DNA of 64,000 nt, taken from the IMG/VR virus record IMGVR_UViG_3300034072_000758, positions 186,001 to 250,000 of that record; one strand, written 5' to 3'. The translations under genes were made by a program, and so were the position numbers. Numbering within the stretch: the first letter of the stretch is position 1; each line of letters begins with the position of its first letter. Under the pieces are notes generated by a model. That model worked only from the letters and a program-made list of their open reading frames with translations. It was not told the origin of the DNA and did no database searches. Shown here in pieces: positions 28,748 to 37,540 of this stretch.

Positions 28748-29109
28748 GAAAGTTCCAATACGAGAAGGGTCAGTAATTGCTCAAATTCGTCATCAGTTAT
28801 ACCCTTACTGATAACTAATTTCTCAGGAAGCTGATAACCCAAAGTCGCGCCAGTTCCAATGTCCAAATAATTATCGAACACGAAATCTTGAGGAAAAGCA
28901 TGATGCGCAAATATTTCAAATTTGTTAGGAAGCCATAACTCTATGGTCTGTAAATTACCATCTTTCTCTGTATGTATAGCTATTTGTATAGTCCCAGCAC
29001 TAAATTGAAAATGCTTATATGCCACAGACCATTTGGTTGAAGGCACATACGACATCTTGGCTTTGTTGATTAGATTCACCCAAAATTTTGCGTTTTTGAG
29101 GATTTTCAA
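28744..29109 (-). CDS. CT-motif family protein, NxKFW N-terminus
   Basis: ILKNAKFWVNLI; ends ITDDEFEQLLTLLVLELS. Confidence 0.85.
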   Translation of the reverse strand: MKILKNAKFWVNLINKAKMSYVPSTKWSVAYKHFQFSAGTIQIAIHTEKDGNLQTIELWLPNKFEIFAHHAFPQDFVFDNYLDIGTGATLGYQLPEKLVISKGITDDEFEQLLTLLVLELS

Positions 29110-29144
29110 AGGGTGTCTCTAAATATTGATTTCCTGACATTGTA

Positions 29145-29173
29145 ATGTTATCATCCACACCAAGAGGTGTCAA
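29145..29173 (-). promoter_or_regulatory. sigma70-like early promoter
   Basis: TTGACA-N17-TAACAT. Confidence 0.7.
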
Positions 29174-29895
29174 TCATGCGAATTATTTCAAATTATAGAG
29201 ACTACTACGATTTTCCGAACTTCGGCTACGACACCGATAATCGTATAGTTTATGAGCGTACAATCTCGGAAGAGTATATACCAAATGATCAACGCTTCTA
29301 TCCGCCCGAAACCTACAACACCGGCCCGCAGTGGCGTCAACAAGGTCTGAAAAGAAAAGACTTTCATTATGTTGGGGAAGATGAATCCACCGCTCCTAAG
29401 TTTGGCTTCCGTCATTATCTGAGACCACACTTCTTATTCATCTGCGACAAGTGTTATGTCGTATATATATACGATAAAAGCCAGATCGTTGAAGCTTACG
29501 ATCATAACAAGGCTACGGTTATGCGTCCGGTCAAGATACCCACTACCTTCAATGCGTTTGAAGCGACTATCGCTTATCATAAGCAAAGTCATTGGCATTC
29601 ATCCGACATTAGTGCTCGGTTAATCGAAAATATGCCGCCGCTGAACAGCGAGCTTGGCTCCCCGGTCATTTTGGTGAAGGGCGGGCAAAAAGATGATGAC
29701 ACCATGACGATTATCAAGAATCCATCCTTGATGGCGCTGGGTTTCAATCTTATGTCTATCGAAGAGATTTATCAGGAGATCGAAACATTTGTCGGAAAGT
29801 CCAAGGATATTCCGGCTCCGGTTGTTCCAGATAAGGAAAAGGTTGAGGCCAAGGGTTTCGATAAGAAGACCAGCTTTAGGAACCCGGTGAAATGA
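29167..29895 (+). CDS. hypothetical phage protein
   Basis: MRIISNYRDYYD start (ATG probably at 29176); C-term DKEKVEAKGFDKKTSFR. Confidence 0.75.
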   Translation: MSIMRIISNYRDYYDFPNFGYDTDNRIVYERTISEEYIPNDQRFYPPETYNTGPQWRQQGLKRKDFHYVGEDESTAPKFGFRHYLRPHFLFICDKCYVVYIYDKSQIVEAYDHNKATVMRPVKIPTTFNAFEATIAYHKQSHWHSSDISARLIENMPPLNSELGSPVILVKGGQKDDDTMTIIKNPSLMALGFNLMSIEEIYQEIETFVGKSKDIPAPVVPDKEKVEAKGFDKKTSFRNPVK

Positions 29896-29925
29896 TAAAG
29901 GCGGGATTTCTCCCGCCTTCGTTTA
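29896..29925. terminator. bidirectional terminator hairpin
   Basis: AAGGCGGGA/TCCCGCCTT between convergent genes. Confidence 0.75.
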
Positions 29926-30675
29926 TTACATTTTCAGGTTCTTACCGTACTCACGAAGCGTTTTCAAAATGTGAGCACGTGTGCGCTCATTGTCCGGCCA
30001 GTCATGATCTTTCAATTGTTGATCGATCTTCGTGGTTTCTTCCGCCGTCTCTGGATAGACGCGGCGTGTCGCCAAATCGAACTCCATGATCAGTTCTGGA
30101 TTGGTGTGTGGTGCCAGAGCCTTATTGGCTTCTTCCATTACCTTCTCAGATACTTCGGCGCGATCCCCAGCGTGATTTACTGCTACCAAGATGTTCTTCA
30201 TCTTCTTGGCTTCTTCGGACATTTTGTCTTCTTTAGTTTCAACCTTGACCGGCTTATCAGTTTTCTGGAAGAAGTAGTCATCATCAATTGTCAGATCATC
30301 ATCGGAGCCGCGTACCTGCTTCTTGATTTTTTCCAAGTATTCCTCTGCCTTGTCCGGTGGTAAATTCCCAACGTCAACATGATATACTCTTCTTTCCGGG
30401 GCTTTCTTGATACGGTCGATAACGGTTGCGTCATCAGACTTCTTCCCGTGACCGCTCACGAAACGATTAAGTTCATCGGCTTGCTCTACAATTTGTGCGA
30501 TTGTTGGGTATACCGGGGCTTCCTTTAGACCATAATCATATATTCGATCAGTATCGGTCATGAAACAGCCATTTTGGCGGAGGAAGCGATTGTTTAATTC
30601 GTGGTAGTTGCCTTCCAACGATCTTTGCGCCACTGAGATCAACTCAAGACGGATTTCGAATGGTGATTTACTCAT
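29926..30675 (-). CDS. T4-like late hypothetical protein fused to a portal-like fragment
   Basis: N-term SKSPFEIRLEL..YPTIAQIVEQADELNRFVS; internal KAPERRVYHVDVGNLPPDKAEEYL resembles T4-like gp20. Confidence 0.7.
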   Translation of the reverse strand: MSKSPFEIRLELISVAQRSLEGNYHELNNRFLRQNGCFMTDTDRIYDYGLKEAPVYPTIAQIVEQADELNRFVSGHGKKSDDATVIDRIKKAPERRVYHVDVGNLPPDKAEEYLEKIKKQVRGSDDDLTIDDDYFFQKTDKPVKVETKEDKMSEEAKKMKNILVAVNHAGDRAEVSEKVMEEANKALAPHTNPELIMEFDLATRRVYPETAEETTKIDQQLKDHDWPDNERTRAHILKTLREYGKNLKM

Positions 30676-30730
30676 TCTCTTATTTCCTTTTTTTAATAGT
30701 GTGTTTTGTGTGTTGGGTTAAAACCCACTA

Positions 30731-30738
30731 TTATTTAG
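30731..30738 (-). promoter_or_regulatory. T4-like late promoter core
   Basis: TAAATA on the minus strand upstream of 30675. Confidence 0.5.
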
Positions 30739-30748
30739 TATTGATATG

Positions 30749-30776
30749 TTGACAGGCCGATTTATTATGATAATTT
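30749..30776 (+). promoter_or_regulatory. sigma70-like early promoter
   Basis: TTGACA then a TGATAAT-type -10; AGGAG RBS before 30805. Confidence 0.6.
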
Positions 30777-30804
30777 AAAACAAACACTATATAGGAGATA
30801 TAAT

Positions 30805-31125
30805 ATGAGCCGCCAATATTATCCCAAGGGTTCTGTTCAAACCATCGAAGAATTTCTGAACAGCTTTGATGAATACGCAGCGAACGGCGAAGCAGTTCTG
30901 TTTATCGCCAATGGATCGACCGGGGAAATATCCACACTCTTCATTGACAGTTCTATGATCGTAGTTCATGATGACGGCGAATACATTCTCGGTAATTTCT
31001 TGTTCCCGATCCTGAATCTGGCGGAATACAACATCGGTCGCTTCACCGACGAAAGCACTTTCATGTTCCACAACATGCTTCACGCCAAGCAATTTCTGAC
31101 CCAGAAAGTGTCGGGTGTCTATTGA
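30805..31125 (+). CDS. hypothetical protein
   Basis: AGGAG RBS. Confidence 0.75.
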   Translation: MSRQYYPKGSVQTIEEFLNSFDEYAANGEAVLFIANGSTGEISTLFIDSSMIVVHDDGEYILGNFLFPILNLAEYNIGRFTDESTFMFHNMLHAKQFLTQKVSGVY

Positions 31126-31421
31126 TCACCTTCTCCCCTCAGTATCGTCACGACTGTAACCGATGCCGGTTCCTTGGCCATGTCAAGACGCTGTATTGTG
31201 AGTTTGACATGTACATCTGTAACCCGTCTCTGATCGCCCGTCTGAGTGACGAAGAGGGTGATTATCATTCGGGTGATCCCGCAATACTGGCGTCTAACTA
31301 TGACCGCCAGAAGCCGTCTTTTGACCAGAAAAACCCTTTGACCATCGCCTACCATCTTCACAAACAGATGGAAACCGTACTTCCATTATTCGTGCCGGGG
31401 TTCAATGGCTCTCTTCAATAA
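31122..31421 (+). CDS. hypothetical protein with an HDCxxC motif
   Basis: YRHDCNRCRFLG. Confidence 0.7.
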   Translation: MITFSPQYRHDCNRCRFLGHVKTLYCEFDMYICNPSLIARLSDEEGDYHSGDPAILASNYDRQKPSFDQKNPLTIAYHLHKQMETVLPLFVPGFNGSLQ

Positions 31422-31941
31422 CACCAAGGACATCGCCGCATTTCTGAATAAGAGCATCATTCCCGATGTGTCACAGGCGCGCATCACGCAGTTATATAAG
31501 GATGAGATCACGTGGAAATCGGCGGGTTACACAAATATATATCGGCATCTACCGTATAAGGTAGAAGCTTTGTATGGTGGTAAATTTGTGTTCACCCTCA
31601 CTATGCAAAAATCCAACCTGAGACAGGTCGGTAATCTCGGCCACAGTCGAAAAGTTTCCTATGGTATGGCAGCTTTGTCGGCGGAAGTTTTCATTTCTAC
31701 CATCATTATCGAAACCCCTGAATTTAAGGAAACGGTTGAGTTCCTGATCTCCGGGGATTATGATTACGATGTGCCACAGAAAGCTAAAAAGCATCTGATC
31801 AAGATTACACCAATGTACAGCCCCATTATCGGCGCGTGGTGTGTTAGTGGTAATGCTCACCTAATGTCTCACGAGTTCATCCCTCTCGCCAGTGAGCAAG
31901 AGATCGATGAAAAACTTATCATAATGAAGTTGGCCGTATGA
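31405..31941 (+). CDS. CT-motif family protein
   Basis: Ends ASEQEIDEKLIIMKLAV. Confidence 0.8.
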   Translation: MALFNNTKDIAAFLNKSIIPDVSQARITQLYKDEITWKSAGYTNIYRHLPYKVEALYGGKFVFTLTMQKSNLRQVGNLGHSRKVSYGMAALSAEVFISTIIIETPEFKETVEFLISGDYDYDVPQKAKKHLIKITPMYSPIIGAWCVSGNAHLMSHEFIPLASEQEIDEKLIIMKLAV

Positions 31942-32453
31942 AAAAGCTCCCAGCAGACAGTCTCGTTTTCCTGTTCGATAACTGGAAATGGTTTCTCGAA
32001 AACAGCACTCAGCTTTGCGCCGCACCCGACTACGGGCGTCATACGCGCACAGTGGGCTACACCTATAGAACCAAGACACACAGCCTTCTCAGTACGCTGG
32101 TAATCACCCATCAAAACGTCATAGAGAACATCAACGACATTCTGGGTAACCCGGTCGTCAAAGTTACGATCCTGTTCCAACTGTCCGAGGCTGGTCTTAA
32201 GCGCCATCCTGATAAAGGCTATCTGTATTCAGAAGAGTTCATAGTGTTCCGTTACGATCTGTCTGGATGCTTCGACACATCCAAGCCAATGATCGATGTT
32301 ATTGGTGCTCTCAATGACGGCGGGACATACGCAATCCCCATGAACCACCCTTCGCCCGAATATCTTCATAAGACAACCGATGTCTTTGAAATGAAATGGA
32401 GCGAGGATGTTCTGGTCGATTTCATCATGAACCAAAAGTTAACTAAAAATTGA
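31938..32453 (+). CDS. CT-motif family protein
   Basis: Ends WSEDVLVDFIMNQKLTKN. Confidence 0.8.
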   Translation: MKKLPADSLVFLFDNWKWFLENSTQLCAAPDYGRHTRTVGYTYRTKTHSLLSTLVITHQNVIENINDILGNPVVKVTILFQLSEAGLKRHPDKGYLYSEEFIVFRYDLSGCFDTSKPMIDVIGALNDGGTYAIPMNHPSPEYLHKTTDVFEMKWSEDVLVDFIMNQKLTKN

Positions 32454-32485
32454 TTGCTGAGATACCAGTGTGATATACTTTCTGT

Positions 32486-32794
32486 ATGTCATACTTTCAT
32501 TTCAACAATCTCACCCCGGCTGAAAACGAACGCTTGTCCATGCTCATAGAAGAGTTCTGTGAGGCCGGTCAGATTATCGGTAAGATCGGGCGGCACGGAT
32601 ACGAAAGCTATAATCCGTATGATGCTGAACCGGAAACTAATCGCCAGCTTCTTCGCAAAGAAGTTCTTGACGCTTTAGGCGTAATCGCTTTAATGGTCGA
32701 GCGTGGTGATATGGCTGCGTTTTCCGATGAAGAAATCCAAGCCTCCAAGGTCAAACGCGCCTCAAGGTTCACTCACCACCAAAACGAAGAATAA
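32486..32794 (+). CDS. MazG-like nucleotide pyrophosphohydrolase
   Basis: ERLSMLIEEFCEAGQIIGK..RKEVLD (EExxE...EvxD pattern). Confidence 0.7.
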   Translation: MSYFHFNNLTPAENERLSMLIEEFCEAGQIIGKIGRHGYESYNPYDAEPETNRQLLRKEVLDALGVIALMVERGDMAAFSDEEIQASKVKRASRFTHHQNEE

Positions 32795-33195
32795 TGCTCA
32801 CCTACGAAAATGTCATAGACTTACTCGATCATCTTCCGCTTACGAAGCACGAAGGCGAACATGGGTTGTTCTATTATGATTTTATTGATGACGATCTGGC
32901 ATTCGAATCGCATTTCCTCTTTACTAACAAGTCACGAACCGGAATGCAACTCACTTTCGCTTATAGAGGGTTAATGATCCACGGGCGCATAAGTATTTTA
33001 GGCACCGTGAATATAATTAACGTTTCGGCTGAAACCCTGAGCGCGTTCCCAAACAAGTTAATATCGGTCGGTGGGAACGACTATATAGTCAGTCATCCCA
33101 AGAATTTCTGGATCAACATTCAACGTGAGAATGTTCAAGAGGATGAAGTAGACGAACGTTTGATCTCTCTGATGATAAAGTATGGCTCGTGCTAG
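32794..33195 (+). CDS. CT-motif family small protein
   Basis: Ends VQEDEVDERLISLMIKYGSC. Confidence 0.85.
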   Translation: MLTYENVIDLLDHLPLTKHEGEHGLFYYDFIDDDLAFESHFLFTNKSRTGMQLTFAYRGLMIHGRISILGTVNIINVSAETLSAFPNKLISVGGNDYIVSHPKNFWINIQRENVQEDEVDERLISLMIKYGSC

Positions 33196-33572
33196 ACTTC
33201 CAGACCGTATGTAAAATTCTTCATGGCAAACCATACAAGACAAGTATGTCGAGGGACGACGAAATGACATTTCGTCACGATGACCTGAGCATACATGTTA
33301 CCTATCGCGTTTCGATTGGTGGAATGGAAACGATAGGTATTTTCTACGATATAAAATTCCGCGATGTATTTTTCCACGGGCTGATCGCCGAAGCTCCGCT
33401 ATTTCACGAAACCGATGTTCGATATAAAAAAACTAAAGTGACCAAGCTCGCTATAGGTAATCATGACGCATACCCGGTAATAGAAAAAGGATTCTGGTGC
33501 GAAGTCAATCCAGCACTTACACAGGAAGAGGTTGACGAACTGGCGACGGTCATGCTACTTCTGTATTCATGA
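33189..33572 (+). CDS. CT-motif family small protein
   Basis: Ends LTQEEVDELATVMLLLYS. Confidence 0.85.
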   Translation: MLDFQTVCKILHGKPYKTSMSRDDEMTFRHDDLSIHVTYRVSIGGMETIGIFYDIKFRDVFFHGLIAEAPLFHETDVRYKKTKVTKLAIGNHDAYPVIEKGFWCEVNPALTQEEVDELATVMLLLYS

Positions 33573-33904
33573 CATTATCATTTGATACCATTTGTTCTAT
33601 TTTAGACCGAACCGAATTTCATAATAAGAAGTCGAGTATAGGTGGGTTTTTAGTTTCATATGATTGTAAAAGTCTTAACGATCTCTATGTAAAAATCTCA
33701 ACACCTAACACCATCATAAAAATAGAAATGACGTATTCTAAGATTTCACTATATACAGGTGTATGGCGCAAAATAACTTTAGATTATGTGCCAATTATTT
33801 TATATAATCACGATGATTGTGAAGCAAAAGTCCACATAGAAAGTGATCTTCCGCAAGATGAACTTGAGGAAGAAATTTTACTGCTAATTATGAATTATGT
33901 GTAA
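33569..33904 (+). CDS. CT-motif family small protein
   Basis: Ends LPQDELEEEILLLIMNYV. Confidence 0.85.
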   Translation: MTLSFDTICSILDRTEFHNKKSSIGGFLVSYDCKSLNDLYVKISTPNTIIKIEMTYSKISLYTGVWRKITLDYVPIILYNHDDCEAKVHIESDLPQDELEEEILLLIMNYV

Positions 33905-34826
33905 ACAGCGGACCTTGGATGAAAATCTTGCTGTCTTCCTTGTACAACCCTTTATTCATCTGAGCCATCACATCCGGGGTCATATGGCGTCCTCGAACTT
34001 CACGCTTCTGACCATGACCGATGATGTGAACCTCTACAGGAATATCCCCGTAAAGCCTCTTGATGGCGCGCATACGGTTGCGACCTTCATGACCGACAAC
34101 ATGACCTTGTTTTGAGTAATCACCATCAGACCATTCGTCTGGGAATGCTACGAGAAGGAACGGTGCGCCAATAGCTTCACCATCCTCAAGCTTCTTCTCG
34201 ATCTCATAGCTCGTATCGAAACCCCCGGAGAGAGCCAATTCGAGAAAGACACTAGGCTTCATCTTTACACGAATGCCTCGATAATCGATATTGGCATTAT
34301 AGCCGGTTGCGCCAAGTCCATAAACATTATCGTATGTGAGGTCTTCTTCGAGCATATTGACAACTTTGACTTGACGAGCGGGATAGAATGGAACGTACAC
34401 AGTCCCCGGATTATGATTTGTATCATCATAAACCGAAAGCCCATCAAAACCTTTACTGATCAGTAATTTCTTGAATTGGTCGTTATCCGAGACGTAATCA
34501 GCCAAAGATGTGTAGGCATCTTCACTAGCTTCATAATAATCATCAAAGTCTTTTCCGGTCAATTCATTGTATGCCGAAACCAAATCATCTTCTTCGGCTG
34601 GGCGTTCTATTTTCAAATAAGCACAATATATTTTATCGCCAAATTCCTGAGCGGTTCTCTTATTCCCGGTCCACCAACCAGATGCGAATTGATCTATGTT
34701 TTTTCCTGTACCATGATAGCAGAGAAGAGGTTCTTCATTATGATCTACTATTTGACTATTTCCAAACCATGACTTGATGTCATTACCTATGATCTCATCC
34801 AGTTTCATATGATTTTCCAATAGCAT
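33888..34826 (-). CDS. ADP-ribosyltransferase-like (polyvalent-protein type) domain plus ParB-like domain; putative head-internal protein
   Basis: WFGNSQIVD..PLLCYHGT..AYLKIERP..FDGL; linker MLEED; GHEGRNRMRAI; late promoter upstream. Confidence 0.7.
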   Translation of the reverse strand: MLLENHMKLDEIIGNDIKSWFGNSQIVDHNEEPLLCYHGTGKNIDQFASGWWTGNKRTAQEFGDKIYCAYLKIERPAEEDDLVSAYNELTGKDFDDYYEASEDAYTSLADYVSDNDQFKKLLISKGFDGLSVYDDTNHNPGTVYVPFYPARQVKVVNMLEEDLTYDNVYGLGATGYNANIDYRGIRVKMKPSVFLELALSGGFDTSYEIEKKLEDGEAIGAPFLLVAFPDEWSDGDYSKQGHVVGHEGRNRMRAIKRLYGDIPVEVHIIGHGQKREVRGRHMTPDVMAQMNKGLYKEDSKIFIQGPLFTHNS

Positions 34827-34844
34827 TTCAGACAGTTGATAAAC

Positions 34845-34852
34845 TATTTATA
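34845..34852 (-). promoter_or_regulatory. T4-type late promoter
   Basis: Exact TATAAATA on the minus strand. Confidence 0.7.
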
Positions 34853-34869
34853 GTTTATTACCATGAATA

Positions 34870-35440
34870 GTCTTTATCCCCCCACAGTAAGAATACCAGA
34901 ATTTAGGCGCAATTCGCCTATTGTCCGTTTTCTCACTGTAGGGGGATTAGATTACCACTCGGTATAACAATTACGAGGCTGACATGAGGCTTACATGTCG
35001 GATCAAGCGGACTCCCGGTCTCTTGATCGCAACCATCGCTAATCCATGAACATCTGAGAGTAATACACATTGAAGTGAGAAAGGGTTGTTCGACGCAGTG
35101 AGGATAGCTTTCGCCAGTGTCTTTTTCGTCAAGTCCCAATCCTTACAATCAGCGCAGAAGTCGGTTAGGAAGTTAATTTCCAGCAACGCCATCAAATCTT
35201 GTTATTTCGTCTGACCAGATAGCGTTCGGCCATTACGCAATTACTCAGCGCTGGCCGTCTTTTTATGATCCGTTCATATTCTTTCGAATATCGGTGGAAC
35301 CGTGTCAGGGTGGGGTCTTCCCTGTCGATAGCCGTTCGACTGATCTGTCTCATGCGGTGGGTCATGTTCCCCACACAACGTTTCGCCCCGATGTCAAGGG
35401 CATATACATCTGATCAATGGTCACTTGCCACAGTGATACC
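34870..35440 (-). ncRNA. candidate structured non-coding RNA
   Basis: Stem 34877-34893/34930-34946 with an inner hairpin; hairpins 34981-34999, 35001-35028 and 35227-35257; ATATTC-GAAA-GAATAT tetraloop on the minus strand at 35276-35291. Confidence 0.4.
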
Positions 35441-35455
35441 CAAGTATATTTTGAA

Positions 35456-36181
35456 TCAAATTAAAGAGTCAATTTTTAGATTCCTATATTCGGATAGGTT
35501 ATTATACGCTCGTTGTTTCTTTGTTCGTCCATAATTTCTCCAATATTCGAGAAATTCCTCTTCATTTTTGAATATAGGTGTTCCTGATCGAAAATCATTT
35601 ATTGATCCTGTTATACTACCTATATTGGTGGTGTTACCACTACCGGCCTTATCACCGGATATTTCCCATTTTTCTCTGACAAATATTTCTATATTATTGT
35701 ATGGTAGTTCTATATAAGATATATCGTCGGTGCGCCAGCAACATTCGGTATTTACATCGACTCGATTATAAACAAATCCTACTACCAAATGAGATACATA
35801 CTCATTAAAAGGATACAATATATTTTTATTTGGAGTTTTTTCATTCATAAAGCTAGTATAGCTACCTAATGTATATGAAAATTTATCCTTGTTATTTCGT
35901 CTATAGGTAGTCTTTATATCGATTGCTATATGTTTTTTATCTTTGTGGAAGAATGTGAAATCTGGATATTGATTTTGTGTTTCGGCATCTTTGAATATGT
36001 AGTTATAGTCACCTGCTATTTCTTTCAACGTTTCTCGCGTTACCAATTCAAATACAGTTGAAAGCACTTTAGTATCTGTGCCAAGAGGTATTACTGTTCC
36101 ATTTTTTGCGACGAAGCCGCAAATGTTGTAATCGCTTAATCGTTCATTTATGCGGATGGTCAAGTCATGTATTAATGTCAT
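35456..36181 (-). CDS. type II restriction endonuclease, EcoRV family
   Basis: Collinear with EcoRV: PLGTDTKVLSTVFEL, QNQYPDFT, IAIDIKTTY, TLGSYTSF, AGSGNTTNIGSI, EFLEYWRNY. Confidence 0.95.
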   Translation of the reverse strand: MTLIHDLTIRINERLSDYNICGFVAKNGTVIPLGTDTKVLSTVFELVTRETLKEIAGDYNYIFKDAETQNQYPDFTFFHKDKKHIAIDIKTTYRRNNKDKFSYTLGSYTSFMNEKTPNKNILYPFNEYVSHLVVGFVYNRVDVNTECCWRTDDISYIELPYNNIEIFVREKWEISGDKAGSGNTTNIGSITGSINDFRSGTPIFKNEEEFLEYWRNYGRTKKQRAYNNLSEYRNLKIDSLI

Positions 36182-36224
36182 TACTAATATTAATACATGA
36201 TTAAGTATTTTATCAATTTAATAT

Positions 36225-36839
36225 TTAATGAGCCTCGAAATAGCTCTTTATTTGTTCCTTGCTCCAAACAATGTAGAAATTGTGTTCAGGAACAATTACA
36301 CCATCGTAAGCAGTGAACTTCAAACAATTCTTCAAAAACAAAGCTGTATCGTCTCTGTAGAAATCATTACCCAACATATTCAGACCACGCAAATAGCTTT
36401 GACCAACATAACCTTTGATAGCGGCAGTAATGACCTTTTGCTTACCCTCGTATTCCCAATCACCAAAGTTCCAGAGAGTATCTTCCAAGTCCGGCGCATT
36501 CATGATCAGCTTGGTGATAACTGCGACCGGAAGGTTTTTATTGGTATCGCCTCGATCATCAACAATAAGGGGTTTCTTTATAGACAAGAAAGACGGACGA
36601 ACGTTGCCGCTATCATTTTCACCCCCGGTGTACCCACCAGCAGCATCGGGGTCACCCGCGAAATAAATCCCCGCACCATACATGTCGTTACCGGTCCCCA
36701 GCTTATTGTCATCGAAGTCGTGGAACGAATGAGGGGTGCCGTGGAAAACCATCAACGGTGCGCCGTTCTTATCTACGACCTTCGATCCTTTAAACCAAGT
36801 ATCAAACTCATTGGAATATAATTCAAACAATCTCATCAA
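36225..36839 (-). CDS. ADP-ribosyltransferase-like (polyvalent-protein type) protein
   Basis: MRLFEL start; WFKGSKVVDKNGAPLMVFHGT..YGAGIYF..FLSIKKP..YDGVI. Confidence 0.75.
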   Translation of the reverse strand: MMRLFELYSNEFDTWFKGSKVVDKNGAPLMVFHGTPHSFHDFDDNKLGTGNDMYGAGIYFAGDPDAAGGYTGGENDSGNVRPSFLSIKKPLIVDDRGDTNKNLPVAVITKLIMNAPDLEDTLWNFGDWEYEGKQKVITAAIKGYVGQSYLRGLNMLGNDFYRDDTALFLKNCLKFTAYDGVIVPEHNFYIVWSKEQIKSYFEAH

Positions 36840-37528
36840 TCTATCCAGTGATCGTGCTTTGGCATGTTAGGTAATTTTGGGTTGATTTCGTCCGCCTTCT
36901 TTATAGCGATCTCTTTGGATGTGTAAACACCCACGACCACACCTTTGTCCAGCACATACCAATCTCTACCGATATTGACGATACGTGTTCTATTCCATCC
37001 GCTCGGAGAAGAATACGAGCGATCCAATTCATTTTCTTTTTCGAGAGCCTTCTTTTCAGCTTCTTCTCTCGTTTTATACGAATTGAAGTGTATGCCATAG
37101 ATGAACATGGCATACGGAAGATCGCGCCCCGGAAAATGGACGACTTCGATTAAGTGGCGAAGGAAGCGCTTTTTAGGCTTGAATTGAATAACCTGAGCAT
37201 CTTCGTTGAACAGGTCCAGTTGTGTGTCTGGACCACGATGTTTCTTGTAGGCGTCTAAACGTTCCTGAGCATTAACACGTCTTACCCATCGATCTTGTGT
37301 GTTTCGCGCGGCATCCGATTTGGCATCAAGCTCATCTTGAAGCTCGCGCATCTTAGCCAGCGCAGCTTTTTTCTGAGAAGGTGTGCCACGATCTCTCTGA
37401 TGAACCAGTGGCTTCCAATGACTATCATACCAAGAATCCCATTCATCTTGGGCTTGGTCGGCAGCTTTCTTCAAGTCCTCAACAGACGGCTTAGTGGATT
37501 CAAGTAATGGAATAATTCTGAAACGCAT
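36836..37528 (-). CDS. putative head-internal late protein
   Basis: MRFRIIPLLES start; ATAAATA 4 nt upstream of the ATG. Confidence 0.7.
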   Translation of the reverse strand: MRFRIIPLLESTKPSVEDLKKAADQAQDEWDSWYDSHWKPLVHQRDRGTPSQKKAALAKMRELQDELDAKSDAARNTQDRWVRRVNAQERLDAYKKHRGPDTQLDLFNEDAQVIQFKPKKRFLRHLIEVVHFPGRDLPYAMFIYGIHFNSYKTREEAEKKALEKENELDRSYSSPSGWNRTRIVNIGRDWYVLDKGVVVGVYTSKEIAIKKADEINPKLPNMPKHDHWID

Positions 37529-37532
37529 GATG

Positions 37533-37540
37533 TATTTATT
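37533..37540 (-). promoter_or_regulatory. T4-type late promoter
   Basis: AATAAATA-catc-ATG. Confidence 0.65.

Noticed and set aside
34971-35374. Two short ORFs (74 and 60 aa) with a TGATG overlap
   Set aside because: Not listed as CDS because of atypical composition and dense RNA hairpins. The overlap keeps coding possible, so this is unresolved.
34870-35440. tmRNA, RNase P, group I/II intron or retron identity for the structured region
   Set aside because: No tRNA-like TTCGA..CCA end or tag frame, no GGAAAGTCC, no paired P7 or domain V, and no reverse transcriptase in the window.
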